Under the pieces are notes generated by a model, which saw nothing but the letters and a program-made list of their open reading frames with translations, was not told the origin of the DNA and made no database searches. The translations under genes and the position numbers were made by a program. 64,000 bases of DNA. Source: an uncultured Lachnospiraceae bacterium. GTDB taxonomy: Bacteria > Bacillota > Clostridia > Lachnospirales > Lachnospiraceae. Positions 61,897-64,000 of the stretch are shown here, one piece after another. Every line of letters begins with the position of its first letter. Positions within the stretch are counted from its first letter, which is position 1. The stretch is taken from the NCBI GenBank assembly GCA_902786365.1, contig CADACD010000013.1, positions 779-64,778 of the forward strand, read 5' to 3'.

Positions 61897-62736
61897 ATGT
61901 ATGGAAAATTATATCTGTGTGCAACACCGATAGGAAATCTTGAGGATATCACATACAGAGTAATTAGAATATTAAAAGAGGTTGATATGATAGGAGCTGA
62001 GGATACAAGACACAGTATCAAGCTCTTAAATCATTTTGAGATAAATACGCCTATGACAAGCTATCATGAATTTAACAAATATGAGAAAGCAGAAACACTG
62101 ATAGGTATGTTAAAAGATGGAAAAAATATCGCACTCATAACAGATGCGGGAACACCGGGAATATCTGACCCGGGTGAGGTGCTTGTTGCAAGATGCTTTG
62201 ATGAGGGGATAGAGGTGTCATCAGTTCCGGGACCGGCCGCTTGTATCACAGCACTAACGATGTCGGGACTTCCAACAAGAAGATTTGCATTTGAGGCATT
62301 TTTGCCGAGAGAAAAGAAGGAGAGAGTAGCTGTACTTGAAGAACTTAAAAATGAAACAAGAACGATTATTATTTATGAAGCACCCCATCACCTTTTGGCT
62401 ACACTCAAAGAATTGTATCAAACAGTTGGGGACAGGCGGGTGACATTGTGTCGTGAACTTACGAAAAGATATGAAGAGGCAAAAAGAGTCAGACTTAGTG
62501 AGCTGATAGCCAGGTATGAAAGTGAAAACGCAAAAGGCGAATGTGTTCTTGTGATAGAAGGAAAATCTTATGATGAGCTCAAAGAAGAAAGTGAAAGTAA
62601 ATGGCAGGAAGTACCGATTGAAGACCATATGAAATATTATGAAGATCAAGGAATTGATAAAAAGGAAGCGATGAAAAAAGTTGCGAAAGACAGAGGGATA
62701 AGTAAGAGGGATGTCTATAAGTATCTTATTGAGTAA
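61897..62736 (+). CDS. rsmI: 16S rRNA C1402 2'-O-methyltransferase
   Basis: LYLCATPIGNLEDIT, AEDTR, DAGTPGISDPG, YEAPH, RELTK, KGECVL. Confidence 0.96.
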   Translation: MYGKLYLCATPIGNLEDITYRVIRILKEVDMIGAEDTRHSIKLLNHFEINTPMTSYHEFNKYEKAETLIGMLKDGKNIALITDAGTPGISDPGEVLVARCFDEGIEVSSVPGPAACITALTMSGLPTRRFAFEAFLPREKKERVAVLEELKNETRTIIIYEAPHHLLATLKELYQTVGDRRVTLCRELTKRYEEAKRVRLSELIARYESENAKGECVLVIEGKSYDELKEESESKWQEVPIEDHMKYYEDQGIDKKEAMKKVAKDRGISKRDVYKYLIE

Positions 62737-62770
62737 CAAATTTTACTATGTTCTTTTATTTAATGAAAAG

Positions 62771-62808
62771 AGTTCGCAGATTTGACCATAATGGTCAGTC
62801 TGCGAACT
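62771..62808. terminator. Bidirectional terminator-like hairpin
   Basis: agttcgcaga / tctgcgaact with inner tgaccat / atggtca, between convergent genes. Confidence 0.75.
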
Positions 62809-62823
62809 TGTGTATGATTGATT

Positions 62824-64000
62824 TTATGCTTTCGTCTTTTGGTTTTCAAGCCATGTATCAAATCGGTCATGAATAATCTCAAATTGTGCAGGACCTATGT
62901 CTAATAAAAACTTGTGGAATTCTTTAACATTAAACAAATCACCAAGCTCATCTTTGGCAGTTTCTTTCATATCCATAAATTCAAGATATCCCAAGTAATA
63001 TGTCATGTAAATACAAGGATTTTCAACCATTGCATTAAATACTTCTACAGCAGTATCTTCGTCATATCCAATCGATGTAACATAGTCGATGGTATCTTGC
63101 TTTGTCCAGCCTTCATAGTTGACACCTATATCACACAGACAATAAATATCATAAGACAGGCAATTCAGCACGCGGTTAAATTGTGCTACATTGTGTTCCT
63201 GACCTGATATATCATAGCTGTACAATTCGGAATATAAACCCCATCCCTCCACATATCCTGTATACCTGAAGATAGAACGCACAGGAGAAGGATTTGTATT
63301 TTGGAAATAGGTAGACTGATACATATGTCCCGGAAAACCTTCATGTGCCAGAACAGGGTATAAGTCCATGTCAGCATAGTCAGTATATCTGTTGATAAAA
63401 ATATTATTGACAGTTACATTATCAATAGAAGGAATATAATAGTATGCAGGACTCTGATATTTTTCAAGAGATTTTGGAACATCGTTTAAAGTGTAATTTG
63501 TCTCATAGCCTGATGGAAAATCATCCTTGATATTATCGAGAAGGTACTTTAAAATTTTGTCAGGATCTGAAGTATCAAAGGGATATTCTGACATTTTTTC
63601 ATCAAGTGAGCTGTCTTTATACATCAGTATGGAAAGATCAGATAAATCCTTGTCAAATTTGTCTTCTAATAATGCCTTTGCTTCGTCGACGGATTTATCA
63701 ATTGCAGTTTCCGATCTGAAAAGAAGTTCATAATATTCTTTACCACCATCAAAGCCACAAAGACCTCCTTCGTTTGTAGATTTACCTTTGAATACTTCTA
63801 ATTTTGAAGAAAAATCTTTATACAAAGGGATAATCGTATTTTTAATCAAATCAGCATTTTTATCCTTATAAGATGTCTTATCACTATCTGACAAATTAGT
63901 GAGTTTATCAATGCGCTCATCAAATGAAGTGATAAGGAAATGATTATCAGCCTCCTGAATAAATTCATTACACTCATCAATTATTTCGTCAATCTCGAAA
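62824..64000 (-). CDS. DUF885-family protein, 5' end outside the window
   Basis: Frame open to the window edge; AHEGFPGHMYQ, GYVEGWGLYSE, YYLGY, KEFHKFLLDIGP. Confidence 0.8.
   Translation of the reverse strand, partial: FEIDEIIDECNEFIQEADNHFLITSFDERIDKLTNLSDSDKTSYKDKNADLIKNTIIPLYKDFSSKLEVFKGKSTNEGGLCGFDGGKEYYELLFRSETAIDKSVDEAKALLEDKFDKDLSDLSILMYKDSSLDEKMSEYPFDTSDPDKILKYLLDNIKDDFPSGYETNYTLNDVPKSLEKYQSPAYYYIPSIDNVTVNNIFINRYTDYADMDLYPVLAHEGFPGHMYQSTYFQNTNPSPVRSIFRYTGYVEGWGLYSELYSYDISGQEHNVAQFNRVLNCLSYDIYCLCDIGVNYEGWTKQDTIDYVTSIGYDEDTAVEVFNAMVENPCIYMTYYLGYLEFMDMKETAKDELGDLFNVKEFHKFLLDIGPAQFEIIHDRFDTWLENQKTKA

Overview
AT-rich chromosomal window that contains the replication origin of a Clostridia-type bacterium. 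Gene content and synteny suggest Lachnospiraceae (inference). Left of oriC, on the minus strand: dnaA-dnaN-yaaA-recF-gyrB-gyrA, a two-subunit Fe-S fumarate/tartrate hydro-lyase and a RelB/DinJ-like gene. Right of oriC, on the plus strand: rpmH-rnpA-yidD-yidC-jag-mnmE-mnmG-rsmG, a degenerate histidine-kinase-like gene, two perfect parS sites and parA-parB. The origin looks bipartite, with DnaA-box arrays on both sides of dnaA and a recognisable DnaA-trio unwinding module upstream of dnaN. There are two isolated tRNA genes (Arg-CCT, Lys-CTT), and no rRNA, CRISPR array or intact transposase. The 29.6-35 kb region is a decayed mosaic: an ATP-dependent DNA-ligase fragment, a lone GT4 glycosyltransferase, a 5'-truncated metY, a sulfite-reductase/TusA/thioredoxin/ThiS/ThiF sulfur-relay module whose ThiS has an in-frame TAG, and a LacI gene lacking its HTH. 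The most interesting candidates are a tyrosine-recombinase-fold protein that has lost three catalytic residues, a His-to-Ser pseudokinase that encodes a parS site, an unannotated 44-aa Cys/Arg-rich peptide gene, a three-gene VWA/IPT plus Ig-fold surface module, and an extra DnaA-box cluster about 35 kb from oriC. All family assignments come from motif recognition by eye; no database searches were run.
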